Source: Iphione sp. A-MEVVRFRX5
Taxonomy: Eukaryota
DNA: 64,000 bases
Direction: 5' to 3'
Assembly (NCBI GenBank): GCA_976226885.1
Contig: OZ320316.1
Span: 79,608,001 to 79,672,000, forward strand
Position 1 is the stretch's first letter. The number at the start of each line of letters is the position of its first letter. Below, in pieces: positions 1-12,995 of this stretch. Below the pieces are notes generated by a model. It was not told where the DNA came from. It did not search any database and saw only the letters and a program-made list of their open reading frames with translations. A program made the position numbers and the translations under genes.

Positions 1-1090
1 GGTGTGCTCATTGGGGGCCAGTTCGACCAAGCGGAAGAGGGCGGCATTATTTGCTGGCCAGTGTGCGTTGTAGTGTTTGCCGCGGGGAGAGACAGGACTA
101 GAAGCTGGCGAAAGCCTATTGTGTCGGGGTCTTCTAGTTTGGTTATGTTAGCTGCCCTTGGTGGCAATCGGCGAACTGCTGTCTTTAGTCCTATTGTCAC
201 TTTTAAAAAACAGTCTCTTCCTTAGCGTCTGTACCACTGTGGTGTCAATACTTGAAGCAAAGGCTCCTAGTCTACCCATGATAATCAACTCCTTTATCTC
301 AGCAAAAATAGCCCTCTCGAATGTTAACGCCAACGGACCGTCCATTCACTTGTTATGATTTGCTCAATCGTGTGAAGAGAATCTTAAGAGGACGGTACTC
401 GTTGCCATCCACCCGAGCCTTTGCCTCGAACCCAGGCCCCAGATAATTTAGTAGATGGCCTCCCGCGAGAAGGATGCGGATCGCGGATATGAAGAAGGAA
501 GATCGAGGGTTCTACTATAGCCTTGGTGGTTTGGGACCGGCGCTGACGGGGGCATCGCCGATCGCGGGTAGCGTCGGTGTGGCATTGGTCAAAGGGTGAG
601 GCTCGGATTCGCCTGAATTGATCTGCGTTGATGTGAGGACCGCGGCATGTGGACCACGTCTCGGAATCGATGACATGCTCAGCCACCGGACCCCCTGGGA
701 TCCCCATTGATTCACTGCAGCGATAACACAAGATAACGCGCCCGAGCGCATGTGTTTGGCAGCTACGTTGTATATGAAACAAGGAGGTGGACGAGTGAGC
801 CCCCCTTTCTTCTTCTAATTACTCCTGCGTGGATAAAATCAAAATAGGCCACATTATGGTTCTGGTGTGTTTTACATTAACAGTGCATTGCTATGGAGGA
901 AGAGAATGTAACATTATGGCCTATTCACAACTGAGCAATCTGTTATTGTGGGTGTTTTGAAGTGACCAGAGTAACATAACATGTTTTGTTCATAATATAC
1001 TATATTCAAGACCTGTTTTCTTGTTTACCTTCATCCGACTCCAGATGATCGTGCTTTCGAAAGATTATGGTGATAGAAAAGTTTTTCATT

Positions 1091-1429
1091 AGGCCAAAAA
1101 ATAGGTGTGTTTCTGGTAACCCCCCTTACCTAGGAAAACCTCATCCTCCCTAAAAATTGTTTGGCCCCAAAGAGTTTCCAAGGCTCAATTTTCTTAGATA
1201 CGTTTTTTCACAGCACATGTTTTTTTTGTAAATTCAGTAGAAAAACAATAAAATCCATGGAAATTCATCCTAAACTGTAAATTGGTCAAAATTCCTCATA
1301 TTATTCTTATTATTATTGAAAACCAGCAGAAGAAAGTGGAAAGAAAATTTTAAAAAAGGAAAATGCCCCCCTCCCTACCTAGGTTTTTGGGTGGTTGTTA
1401 CCAGAAACACACCTATTTTTGGGGAGCCT
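1091..1429. mobile_element. MITE / non-autonomous DNA transposon, family A copy 1
   Basis: Terminal inverted repeats AGGCCAAAAAATAGGTGTGTTTCTGGTAAC ... GTTACCAGAAACACACCTATTTTTGG. The internal sequence is shared (roughly 90% by eye over the first ~110 nt) with the reverse complement of the copies at 31045 and 46961. No coding capacity. Superfamily not determined. Confidence 0.9.
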
Positions 1430-1640
1430 TACCTGAAGCATTGCCATTTTACTCCCAACGAAAGTGGCTGTCCTTTAAGTGAAAGTTGAGTGGCGATTAG
1501 TTCATTGTATATCAAGATCGTAGGGTCCAATATGCATGTAAATACATATGTAAACGCATAGTCATTTTGCTAGAGAACACCTACGAGATTATATCAAATG
1601 TGTTCCTCGGTCAGATATTTCAGACGACCCTGCTTACACA

Positions 1641-1975
1641 TTCTAAATTCAAATTCAAATGATTTTATTGAGCGAGACATTATCATTACTAGGACGATGG
1701 TTTTCAAAGGACGCTCAGAATACATCCTCATATATAACAAATAAAATTATATATGTGATCAAGTAATACTATAAACCAATATCAAGTTATGGGCTGAGTT
1801 TCGTACAGTTCTCTTGAAGAACGATCTGGTAGTATTCCTTGTTTCTGTTCCTCTGTTTAAGTCCTTTGTACACAAAGCGTCTTTCATAGATAGCACATGT
1901 CGGTCTGTCAAGTGCTAATCGCTTATTCCTTCCCTCCTTGTATTTGATATCATATCCCACCATGCACAACGATAT
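1641..1975 (-). mobile_element. 3' end of a CR1-like non-LTR retrotransposon (degenerate)
   Basis: The minus strand reads ...TETRNTTRSFFKRTVRNSAHNL, resembling the CR1-clade ORF2 C-terminal motif SFFPRT(I/V)RxWN. It is followed by an AT-rich 3'UTR, AATAAA and a short (TTTGAA)n-type tail (plus strand TTCTAAATTCAAATTCAAATGATTTTATTG at 1641-1670). Confidence 0.55.
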
Positions 1976-4900
1976 TATATATTATTGTGGTTCGTTTCAG
2001 GAACCCTACATTCATATGCGTAATTTTTTCAAATTTGCCTCAGTTTTGCCATTTTGAAGTCAAATTTGTATTAGTTTTCTCGTTTTTAGGCTGAATTTGC
2101 GTGTTTTGCCCTTTTATTGACGAAATTTGTTTTCACATCCATTGAAACATGCTGAAACTGACACTTTCACCGTGGTTCCCAGTGAAACCACGGTGGCATG
2201 ACCATGGAAACGTTTCCAGAGACGTGAAAACACGTCCCTAAGGAAATTCAGCATAGATGTCCAGACAAAATAAGCTGACACTCATTGAAGAATGAGAAAA
2301 TGTTCGAAACTGGTTTGTCTAAAAATTTACGAATGTGCACGTATAACTAGCTTAACAGTTCAGTTAATGTATATGTTGGGGAAAAGTTACATACCAAATT
2401 ATTGTGCAAAATGCTAAGCTCTGGTGAGCATAGAGAACGTAGAAACCGGTATATGTTACCGCGATAATGATTAATATGGCGCTCGATTATCATGTGACAG
2501 CGCGTTGTCATGACGCCTGCCATCAGATATGACAAGAAGGTATTGCCCATCTCACCTGGTCCGGGTGTGTTGTGTTTCCGGTTTCATTGTGTGCACATCG
2601 CCCGATTCAGGTATCCGCTCCATTCATCTGCCTCCACAATGACACGTCCGACCTCCAGCAGGTAAAGGTTACAAAACAAAGGACACTTAATTACAAATCG
2701 GAGGCGGTGTGCTCTAATGACAAGCTGCCGCCGCGCCCTTTTTCAGGTTCAGTCACGCCTTGTTGTTACGCCACACGACAGCACGGTTCAAGCTGTATCT
2801 GCATTGCCCCGCGTCATAATAACCATTTGTGTAAGACCAAATCATTTTCCACCGACCAGTTTAAATACACTGATTATCACTCATTATAAGTAACAATAAT
2901 ACATGTTCCTTAGACAAGGTCATTGTAGAAAGCCTATATGGGAAAGTCTCCATTACTAGTCGGTTCGTTTCAGAAAGGAATATGATAGGTGGCTTTCTTG
3001 TCTCATAAACAACAAAGAAGTTGCCCTTTCTACTGATATACCTTATTCAGTCATAGGTTTTTATATCTTATCTACCTCGTATAGAAGAAGTGGTAATAAA
3101 ATCGTCAAATCTTTAAATCTATTACAATCCCTTTCATTTCCCCTGAAGACGGGAATGTTATCTTTCGTGACGTACAGAAATACATTGTGACGAGCGACAT
3201 GTACATTTACATGTGTAAGATCCTAGGAGAATACGCGTCAATATATATGCATACACGCCTTTCCCTTTTTCATGGAAACTTAAACTCTGTTAGAATTAAC
3301 CCAAGGCGACCACACACTCTTACCAACGCACATGTTCTGAGAACATACATTTGGGACTGTTTGGTTTAATGCGGCATACATTCTGCTTTACTAGTCCCCT
3401 CGAAAGCATTGAGATGGACTGATGGACGTGTCCTTATCTGGTCCACCTATCACGAACAGGCAGCTTGCTTCAGGGCCCCTAGACTTGTTGTATGGTCAGG
3501 GCTTCTTTCGAACACCTGAATCCCACCACCAAATGTCAAGCCAACAAATGTCAGCGCAGCCATTGGCACAGGTGGCACGGGCCAGGTATTGTGTTCGCTG
3601 GCTTGCCCCTAGAGGGCGCACTGAAGCGACGTGTGGACCGTCGGGGGGGATGGCGGGAGGAAGAGGGGGCGCTGGTGCGGTCCGCCTGCGGACACACGCC
3701 CTGCAGTGATTTGCAGCGGGATTGAATCCATATTCGTGCGGACGAGTTCTTCCTGGGAGGGGGCGCAGGTGTGGCAAGCGTGGGTCGCCCGTGCCATTGC
3801 AGCCGTCGAACCTCGAGTCCCATCCATGAAACGTCTCCTCTGTGACGTTCTGGCAACAGCAGCGGCAAGCGGAGCCTGTCACACGCAAGCCTCCATGTTC
3901 TTGGAGCTTCTATATTGTGACAACGCCGCGTGTGTCGCCACCCGCCACGAAGGTCCTGTGCTCCGAGAAGCCCTGGGCCCGCGTTTTGTTATACACACAG
4001 CGCACCTTCTAATAATAGGGTGAATATCTTGAGCGCACGAAGCCCACTGTCTCACTTGGTCATTGTCGCCTGTAGTTGTCGGGGCTATGCCTGTACAGTT
4101 CGGTGATTATAGGCAAAGTCACCCTCGGCACTCATCCCTGTATGATCTGCCAACGAAATGATTGATCAGTAATCCCAGCTCTGACAGTACACCCACATTT
4201 TAGTCAATCTCTGGCTTCCCTCTCCACTCTCCGCCCGGAGCATAATTAATATTCATCCTGAAAAGGAACACTTCAATATCCCCCGATGCTGTCAGTCTGC
4301 GCTCAGAGCAATGCTCAAAAGGCTGAAGCTGCAGCAAAGATAATTCAATACATCGCATGGATAATTCAGGGAAAGACTATCACGTTCGATCTTGCAACAT
4401 TCCTCTAAAACACATTTTCTGTACGAAGCCAGAGATGGATAAATGCAAACAGAATACATACGGAAGTGTGTGCGTTCGAATTCTTTTCTGGATCAAGAAA
4501 ATGTCCGACATGCTCCATAAGAGATGCAATTTGAACACAGATCTTCCTTCGATCGTGACTAAAGGTGGTCCGTTGTAAGACTTAAGCAAATGGGGTTGCT
4601 GCAGAATATTTGTAGAGTTTAAAATATGTAGAGTAGGAAATATTTACATTTAGTAAAATACATCTTTTCGTTTTACCATTTATTCCTATTCATGTTTAAT
4701 ATGAATGCCCCAGCTTATATAGAGTTGTGTCTACATTAAATCATGGGTTGTTTATTCTACAAAGGGGAAACAGGCGACAATTTAGAGAATGTTTGTCTTC
4801 TTTACGGCTGACAGAATGCGGGTAGGTGTTTGAATAACCATGTCGCTGGCGAATAAATCACAGGGCCGGCCGAGTTGCTCTCAACGGAACGCCACCCTGT

Positions 4901-7039
4901 TACCGCGTGTCAAGTTCCACGTCATTAAAGCTATTTTACGCTCGTCCCTTCTCCCTTCGTTGCGCCAGCCGCAGAGAGGGTTCTTCAAATGTGTCGGCGT
5001 GAGCGCGTCCTAGCAGCGGCAGGCTGGAGTGACCTGCGCTAGGTCTCCAGGGGAGAGGTTAATGGCAGCTCCTGGGCGTCTCAGGTCCTGCCGCGTGTGT
5101 TCCCCGCTCCTAATGGACCTCCATGCGTCTAGCCGCAGAGGGCATAAACACGCATCGGCTCTCTGTATTAGGTGTACCTGTATACGTTATGGCAGGTAAT
5201 CAAAGCCATGCAACCATGAGGAATGATAGGCTATGCTTTATTTCATCCTGAGGGTATTTTCTCTGGTGCAGTGCGATCCCTAAATTATCTGCGCAAATTG
5301 AAGAGCACCATATAGTCTGCTCTTTCTGTCCCCTGACCATTATGTGCGCTACCTGTCAGGAATACGTCAGTTGTTGTAAGGTGTATGTCTTAAGAATGAC
5401 CCTAGTGAATGGCTACTAAGACTATCCTTTCAAGGTTGCGCGACCAATTTGATATGACTTTCGTAATTTATGTACGCCTTTTGGGGACCGGAGAGTGTCC
5501 CAAAAGACATGTTGGGTAACACCTAGTATCCCTTCTCCACGTAGTTTATTCCAGAAGGAGGGTTGTGATACTGCACGTTTACCCAGTAGGTAGAATGCAA
5601 TATGTCAACCATAACGACGTAAATGACGCTAAATAGCATCGGTAAGCGCAGACAAGTCAGGAGACATAGGAAATTAGCTACTTTGCGAAGCTTCCATGAG
5701 TAGTAAATCACCCCAGCTGTCTGAAAACTTGACGAGAGACGTGTATTAGCTCATATCGAAACTTTGTTACCTTGTCTCCTTTCGATGTGGCAGAGCTCAG
5801 GCCATCAGTCATTAGTCGTATCTATGTCCAATTTGTATACCATTAATATTGAAACTCCAATAAAGGACATTTCTTGGTACGTGATCAGTGAGAATGGTTA
5901 GAGGTACATGTATGGGTGCCATGTATGGGTGTTGGATTCTCTGTGTAATGGAGCTACCTATTTATTGGAAAACAACATTTTAAAAATTCTGCCTACCTTG
6001 ACATGTCCCTTGATATAACTGCTTGAAGCAGTATTCATCCGATTCACCCGAAAGATGCATTATTCATAATTCGGCCGATTCTAAATTCACCTCATATGTT
6101 GATGTTAACACATTGAAAATAAAATATCTAATTCATATACTTCGTAATGAACGTCTGCTAAATATTCAGTTTTTACCTTAAATGTTAACTTCATGAATGT
6201 ATCTGATGTGGTCCGAAGCAATTTCATTCGATAATATAAAAACTCAAATCATATGTGTTAGAGGCGACACAGTGTTAGCGCTTTGTCTGCAAAACTTTTT
6301 ACATTATGCATGTCGTCAATGTCTGCACACAGGTAACACAATGGATATACATCAGCTCACTGGCTACTCTTTCTAAACATGCTGTGAACAAAGCGTTTCC
6401 ACAGTACAGAGGCGAAAAGAAAAAACTAAGAAGCTGAAACCTAACTCCAAAAGGCAGGACCAAGGGATGACGCACTGATATCGCATTGTCTACAAGCCCC
6501 TACCTACGTGGTTACGTCCCTGGCTCTTTCTAGTCATCCTAGTAGGTTATTTCCTGTAGAGAGTTATGTACTGAGCATGTCCACAAACCAGCTCAAAGAC
6601 CATTCATTAACGAACGTGTTGACGGAAAATACATTTTTGGATTCATTGTTCCATACGCATTCACCGATGTCTCCACTCTGTGCAGCCACTTGATTGATAG
6701 AAAGAGCCTTCCTTTTGAAAACTGCTTTAAGTACAAGTGAGTAATATCACGTTTCTTTATAATAGAGCACCAACGTGTAAACATTCTAAATGGCCACCTC
6801 CATAACGTTAAAAGATAATATATACGAACTTAGACCTTACGCGTGATATGTTCTAATTTTGTGGGCCAGGAATGATGGAAAGACGATCAATAAACTTCTG
6901 CACGATGGAAAGGGAACCTTTCGTTTTGCCTATTCGTAACATCTAAATCTTCATGGAGAATGTGGAACAGCAGCATAAGACGTTCCGCTGCGGCCTGTGT
7001 GTGAGTCTCCCCCTCTAGTCCAGGCGTAATTCAAAACCT

Positions 7040-7340
7040 GTGTATCGTAAGAGGGGAGTGTGAGGTGGCGGCGCCCGCCGGGACGCCTGGATCAGCCCGG
7101 CTGGGCGGGCGCTCGCTCCCAGTGCCGCTGGGGTCGACGACGCGGGATTGACATAAAGCTTTGCGGCTCAGCTCTTCGGGCGCAGCCGGCGTCCGCGAGG
7201 AAGGATCAAGAATTTATCAATTAGGCGCGGATGTGGAGAGCGATGCATCCGGATTAGGCGAGTAGGCGAAGCATCGTCCCGGTCGGAGTGTGAGAGGCGT
7301 CGCTGAAGGGCGGGGCGGGGCAAAGAACCAGGGGCTCATC
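7040..7340. promoter_or_regulatory. CpG/GC-rich island with tandem GC boxes; candidate internal promoter or enhancer
   Basis: Dense CpG and very high GC against an AT-rich background; GGGCGGGGCGGGG near 7308-7321; about 1.5 kb upstream of the ATG-initiated exon at 8810. Function is inferred. Confidence 0.35.
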
Positions 7341-8809
7341 TCTGTAATGGGTGTGTCAACGTCCGCCAAGAAATACAAGCCGCTGACAGCTGAGGACGGC
7401 AAGGACGAGTCGGCGAAGTGAGATGTGAGCAAAGAGAGATGCAATTCTAGACATAAATCTGCTGTCAGTGGCCGGCTAAGTAGCACTCATGCATACAGTC
7501 AGCTGCACCAAGCACTTCGGCTGACGCATACATATTGACTTTGACATGTTATCGTCACACATATATGTATCTCTAGACAGAGTACGACTGTTTCTTACAA
7601 ATGTTGTCATTCATGCATTTATTCGGTGAATTTGCCAGCAGGCTTCTTAATGTAAATTATTGTATATATAAGGCCAGTTTCAGATGTATACAGATTTTAT
7701 ACTTTCACATACAATTGCAGGACTTGTTTCACTACCTGGCTTCTATAATCAACCTACGTATTCAGATGTGGGCAGTTTTCTGCAATCGTATGTGATCATG
7801 GGAAGCCTGATGGGTTTAGGACAGGTTCATCCTGTAACGGACTGCAGGACTCATAGGCTTCTATAGTGAACAAGACAGCTCAGACAGCTGGTATTATATC
7901 ATTTCCACACTCAACTGGGGTTCTCTCACTTTCCGATGAGATTGTGAAAAATTCAACTGTACACATGTACATGTAAAACCAGCCTAACCCTGTTCCAGTC
8001 TATGATATACAAGTATCCTCATTATGGAAATAGAAAAGGCCTAGTCCAGATCAACATTGACTGTTCCCTCTATTATTTCCAGTTACTTCAAACGTCTTTG
8101 GCGGGTATGAAACTATTTGCTCATACGCCCGTGAAAGAAAAGTCATCCTCGAAAATGCCTCGTCTCCCCATAAGGAGAGGCCAGACAATCATAATAAAAG
8201 AGCATAAACTGTATCATCTTCAACATGCATATTCGCTCAGCACCCAATTCCAGTGGCTCTGCCCATCCTTAGGCAGGCCATAACTAACGTTTCGTCATTG
8301 CTATTAGATTCAAGCTTTCCCGGTTAAAATACGTTGAAATTCGACTCCGTAATGGGCAACATTATCTCTGAGATCATATTTTAAAACTTGTTTTTCCTTA
8401 AAAGAATCCATTATAATCTTCGGCATTATCCACATATCGCATCCTGGTGAAAGGAAATTTAGTACACGTAATCAGGTTCTCACCAGGTATAAGCATCACC
8501 CATGCCGTTGAAAATGAAAGTTCCAATGTTCACGGGATGCTCATATCAGAAAACAAACTGTACGGGTCAAACTGTGATACAGATATAGCAGCACCGTCGA
8601 AGTCAGTGCTCATTAAAGGTGTATATAGCTTGATAATTGACTAGAAATTCGTCAGTTTACATTACTTACAATCACTGATGTCCGTGTCGCCGAGATTTTT
8701 CTTTGTTGCAGCATAATGAGATGCTCATGTACTCTCCCTGTCCCTGATATATGTAGATAAAACTTTTTTTATGTTCCGCGAAGTAAATAGCCTTTCCCTT
8801 CTGTTTCAG

Positions 8810-8858
8810 ATGAACCGACCCATCCAGGTGAAACCTGCAGATAGCGAAAGCAGAGCCG
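8810..8858 (+). CDS. CELF3/4/5/6: CELF3/4/5/6-type (Bruno-like) RNA-binding protein, 49-nt exon (RRM1 end and linker)
   Basis: Acceptor ctttcccttctgtttcag, donor G|gtaagt. Encodes MNRPIQVKPADSESRA plus 1 nt, nearly identical to the CELF3-6 motif MNRPIQVKPADSE(S/G)RG and distinct from CELF1/2 MHHPIQMKPADSEK. Its phase-1 end joins the 51613 exon in frame. Confidence 0.96.
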
Positions 8859-11800
8859 GTAAGTTGCCTTAAACCCTTGTGTCATGGGGGCCGCAGGGGT
8901 TGGCTGTAGGTGTGTCACTCAGAGCTGCTCCTTAGGGCCCAAGAGCAGGTGGATGTACCCTCGACCAGCTGTTCACATTACAGCGCATTAGGAACCTGCC
9001 CGCTGCCACCCCCTGAAAATCGGGGCCGTGCGCTTTTAATGGATCCACTATCGGCTTGCTCTGTGAAGAAATAAGTTTGGCGCTTTATGCAGATGGTGTG
9101 AATTTATTCCATATCGAATGACCCATCCAAGGCAGGATTTTTCACTATAAATTCAGCAAGTAAAATTTCATATTCCCTTTTGTAGCATCCCATCATGGGG
9201 GTTTAGTGTATTATGCATCCGAACTCACTGACTCAATTTTCCTTCCCATTGGCGAAGTTTGTTCATGTAATGGCTTCGCGGATTTGAGAAGAACGTGTTA
9301 GCATAATTAGCAATTTGAGGTACACACGCAAATTCTGTTTCCTAGTAATTATCAGTCACAGATTATTCCGTTCATCGAGACAAGGGGATGGAATCCTCCT
9401 CTTAAAGTTATTACTGCGGCCATAATGAAAGAAGTCGCGAACAAAAGAAATTCGCACGACCTGATTAATTCTGATCTATGAAGTACCTGATTAAACCTTG
9501 TTTGAATCTATTGAGAAGCCAGGCTTCATTAATTCCACCAGTATTAAGAAATGATGAGGCGGGAGACGGTGACAATGTGAAAGTAATAGATTCATCCTCC
9601 TAACGCATCTGAGCTGTTGCAAAATGAATAGATTTTCACGGTTTCTTTTCAAGTCTGTGTAAAATGAAGCCTTATCTGGGAGGAATACCAGGCCGACCCA
9701 GCCCATCGTGCCCTGTTTTCTTCAGACTCTAACCAGGTCTCAAATCTCTCGCTGTAAAAGCTGTCATCTTCTGTTCTGCATGTCTTTGTCTATAAAGGGG
9801 TGGTTCGCGCCGCCCGTACTGATGACTCACTGTCTGGCTCTATAACACATGATCTAGCAATACCTGTGGGTTATTACCGCATGACCTTTTATGTCGGTTA
9901 GGACGAAATCATATTGTCATTCAGGGACATGTTGACATTAAAGCGCGTTGTCCATCAGGGATGTTCAACAACGCCCGCCCACTACTTCACATCACCCCAG
10001 GTATCCAGCCAACCCTTTGGCAGTATGGGATACTAGCACCAGGGCCTGTTCTCTAAAAGGTCATAACCCTTTAGAGCGTACCCAACGTGGAGCATCGAAT
10101 GGAAAGTTTACTATATGTACACTCCAGTACAAAGACATCGGGCGCATTATATACATCCCAACTTAAACATTAAACATATTTTTGGCAAAATGCCTTCATA
10201 TACATTATTTTTCACTCTTCGTTGAGTTGTCATCATTAGCAATTATGGCACTCGAAGTACTGCCTTTATTGCAAACTGTAACTGGCTACTCTGGACTGAT
10301 GGAGATTACTGAGGCGATAGGTTGCTCTTGGCCGAGGAGTCAGGTAATTTCCGTTAGGTGTAAAGAGAAACGCTCTTTATCAACGATCGTAATAACGGCG
10401 CATAGCCTCAGGTACAGACACTATGCTTTAACTTCTTGACATTTAGTTTTCTCGCTTCAACCTGTATATTATACAGAAAATCTGTTCGATATTGTTTACA
10501 CAATATGTGGAGAGCCGGTTCCTATACAGCTGAAATTCTATATGCCAGTCATGCGGTTATTTTGGGGGTGTTACGGATGGTCTTCTACATAGATCCAAAC
10601 AAAAGTGAATGCTCGACATTGTTGCGCTTCCATTCCATCCTTTGTGTGTCCTTTAGATGGTTTATTATCAGCCGTAATGCAACGAAAACAAGATTTGGGC
10701 ATGGCTACAGATTGAATTGTGGGTTTGTTGGGTGTTGATTATGTGGGTGAGAGTTGTGGCGACGGCCCCGACGAAGTCTGAGAGGACATTGGATGGAGGA
10801 AGCATGATGGCTTCAGCCCTCGGCGAAACAGCTAATGGGTTTCTTGATAGGCTGAACGCTAGCAATACCTGCAGGCTGCAGCTACCATCACCCAGTCGCC
10901 CCCCCTGCATCCAATGCCATCCCCCTGTACTTCCCTCCCGGGCTCGCCAAACCTTCTATTCTGCAAACTACCAGCTTCAGCTCCACACCTAGCACCAACA
11001 CTAACCTCCAATATAACCGCTACCGTCGTCAGTACCGTTCTAGCTAAAATCCTCCTGCCGTGCCCCGCTTGCTCCTCCCGAAGTTCAACCCAGAGCCAAG
11101 CACTACACCATCATTTTACACCAGCTCAATGCCCCCTGGGGATGGGGATGTGGATCCTTCCACTGGCTGCCAAGACCTGTTGGGCCATGGTATCAGAATC
11201 CTATTTAGGTAGCGGCAGCACCTAATAATGTAGCAGAAGGTGAAGAAAGCACAAGGACAGAATCTAGCTGAAGGTGGTAGATGTTGCGAAAACAGCAGGC
11301 CTCCCGGTTGAAATTTGCATATTAAGCAAGTCTTGAATGGAGCGAGAAAGAAAAAGAATGGCGGATGAATGTAGATCGACAATATTGATTTTGCTATGTT
11401 GCAGTTGTGTAAAGGACAGATGCTGTAATAAGTAGCAGATTAATTCGACGAGTTTTGCATTTTTAGCTCTTTATATCAGCATAGAATAACAAAAGCATGG
11501 CTGTTAGAATCATTGCCAATTTTTTTCCCAAGTAGCGGTTTTTCTCCAAAATCAAGGTTCTTGTATTACAGAAAGTGTTTTTTTACACAAGCCATTGTTT
11601 GAAGCATCCTTTCCAAAATGATATGTGCCGTTCCATTAAGAAATTGAGGTGGCAAAAACCTTATCCTCGGTGACAGTCTGCAGAGGGGAGCGAATCGCTG
11701 AGAGCGTGGGTGCAGTGTTCGAAGTACGCCAGGAATCCTTACTTATTTCTTGTGTGTGTAATCAGCATTAGGCCTGGATCTTGCTGCGAAGGGTCTGATC

Positions 11801-12289
11801 AAAGACCGCCGATTCGCCGTATTGGGATTAGCGGGCCATAGCTGGAAGGGACAGGAGGACAGACATGCCGTTTCTGCCTCTGGCAGGGCGACGAGTGCTC
11901 GCTCCAGGGCCGTGGGAGGGGAGCAGGGTCTCTTGTGGCACAACCGGGAGCACTTCGGGGCAGCTAACCCCTGCCCCAACCGCCCTGTCCATCGGTGACG
12001 TAGGGGCCGTCCGCACGCGCCGGGGATTGGGTGGGCTCGCAGCTAAAACCCGCCGTATCTTTGATGTTTATCAAGCCATTAAAGTTGTACAGCCATCTAA
12101 TGGAGCGCATCAATTTATCTAGTCTTACGTCTCCCCGAGGGGCTCGTTTGTCGTAAAGACACCGTCTTCATCCGCCTTATTACGCCTACCGCTCGTTGGA
12201 AGCCTGCCAGCAGAGAAGTATTCATATACATGTGTACTTGTGTGCACTTCAGCACCTCTACACTGACATCGCCACGTGCATGTATATAT

Positions 12290-12315
12290 GTACATGTATA
12301 TATATATACATGTAC
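12290..12315. repeat. Perfect 26-bp palindrome within a TA/TACATG microsatellite
   Basis: G-TACATGTA-TATATATA-TACATGTA-C is identical to its own reverse complement. Confidence 0.85.
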
Positions 12316-12397
12316 GTAGCATATACATACATATATTTAAAGCTCGGCCGCCATCACATATTAACACACTATGTGTGCTGTCTTGTGCCGGGTATAA

Positions 12398-12995
12398 GGC
12401 CCGGTTTCCATACATGCGGCGACCTGCGTTGGTATGCGTGTGCGTTTCAGTGCGGGAAACGCATCAGCAGGTGTTTCCGCACTGCAACGCAGAGGGGTGT
12501 CCTCAAGCGGTGCGTCACGATGCGTGCGGAAAACGATGAAAACGACGCAAATCGGCCGAAAAACGGCTAATTTCATACAAATTCCACCGAAAAACGGCAA
12601 ATTACACACAAATCGGCCGAAAAACGGCTAATTTCATACAAATTCCGCCGAAAAACGGCTAATTTCATGCAAATCGGCCGAAAAACGGCAAAACTGTGCG
12701 GAAAAACTCGGGAAAAAAACGACATTGTGCGGAAATGTGCAGATATGTGCAGTATCATCAGTCAAAAGTCAGCCAAATTCAGTCAAAGTCAGTCAAAATG
12801 AGAGAAATACAGGTGCGTTGCTGGTCATGTGCGTGGAATTTACGGGAAGGGTCAGAAAATGGGCTCCGCATGGCTCCGCACACGGACAGCAACGCACATA
12901 AGGAACATCCCTTATTAAAATGAACGGGACAGTAAAATTGGTGCGTTTTCCGCACAGCAACGCACGCATGGCTACGCACATAAGGAAACCGGGCC
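12398..12995. mobile_element. PIF/Harbinger-type MITE (598 bp)
   Basis: TIRs GGCCCGGTTTCC ... GGAAACCGGGCC with imperfect extension; TAA immediately flanks both ends (12395-12397 and 12996-12998), the 3-bp TWA target duplication typical of PIF/Harbinger; subterminal CAGCAACGCAC repeats; no ORF of note. Confidence 0.85.
12548..12690. repeat. Minisatellite, about 5 units of 30/31 bp, inside the Harbinger MITE
   Basis: Units alternate between CAAATCGGCCGAAAAACGGCTAATTTCATA (30 nt) and CAAATTCCRCCGAAAAACGGCWAATTWCAYR (31 nt); the last unit is partial. Confidence 0.9.

Noticed and set aside
3141-3175. Hammerhead-ribozyme-like CCCTGAAGACGGGA...TCTTTCGTGACGT
   Set aside because: The essential GAAA is GTGA and stem II is mostly G-U. 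At best it is an inactive Penelope-type relic.
9822-9912. CTGATGA ... GACGAAA pair suggesting a hammerhead
   Set aside because: The bases after CTGATGA (CTC) do not pair with those before GAAA (GAC), and there are no stems I/III.
12548-12690. Regularly spaced ~30-bp repeats superficially like a CRISPR array
   Set aside because: There are no unique spacers and the units are contiguous. The array lies inside a eukaryotic MITE, and no cas genes are present.
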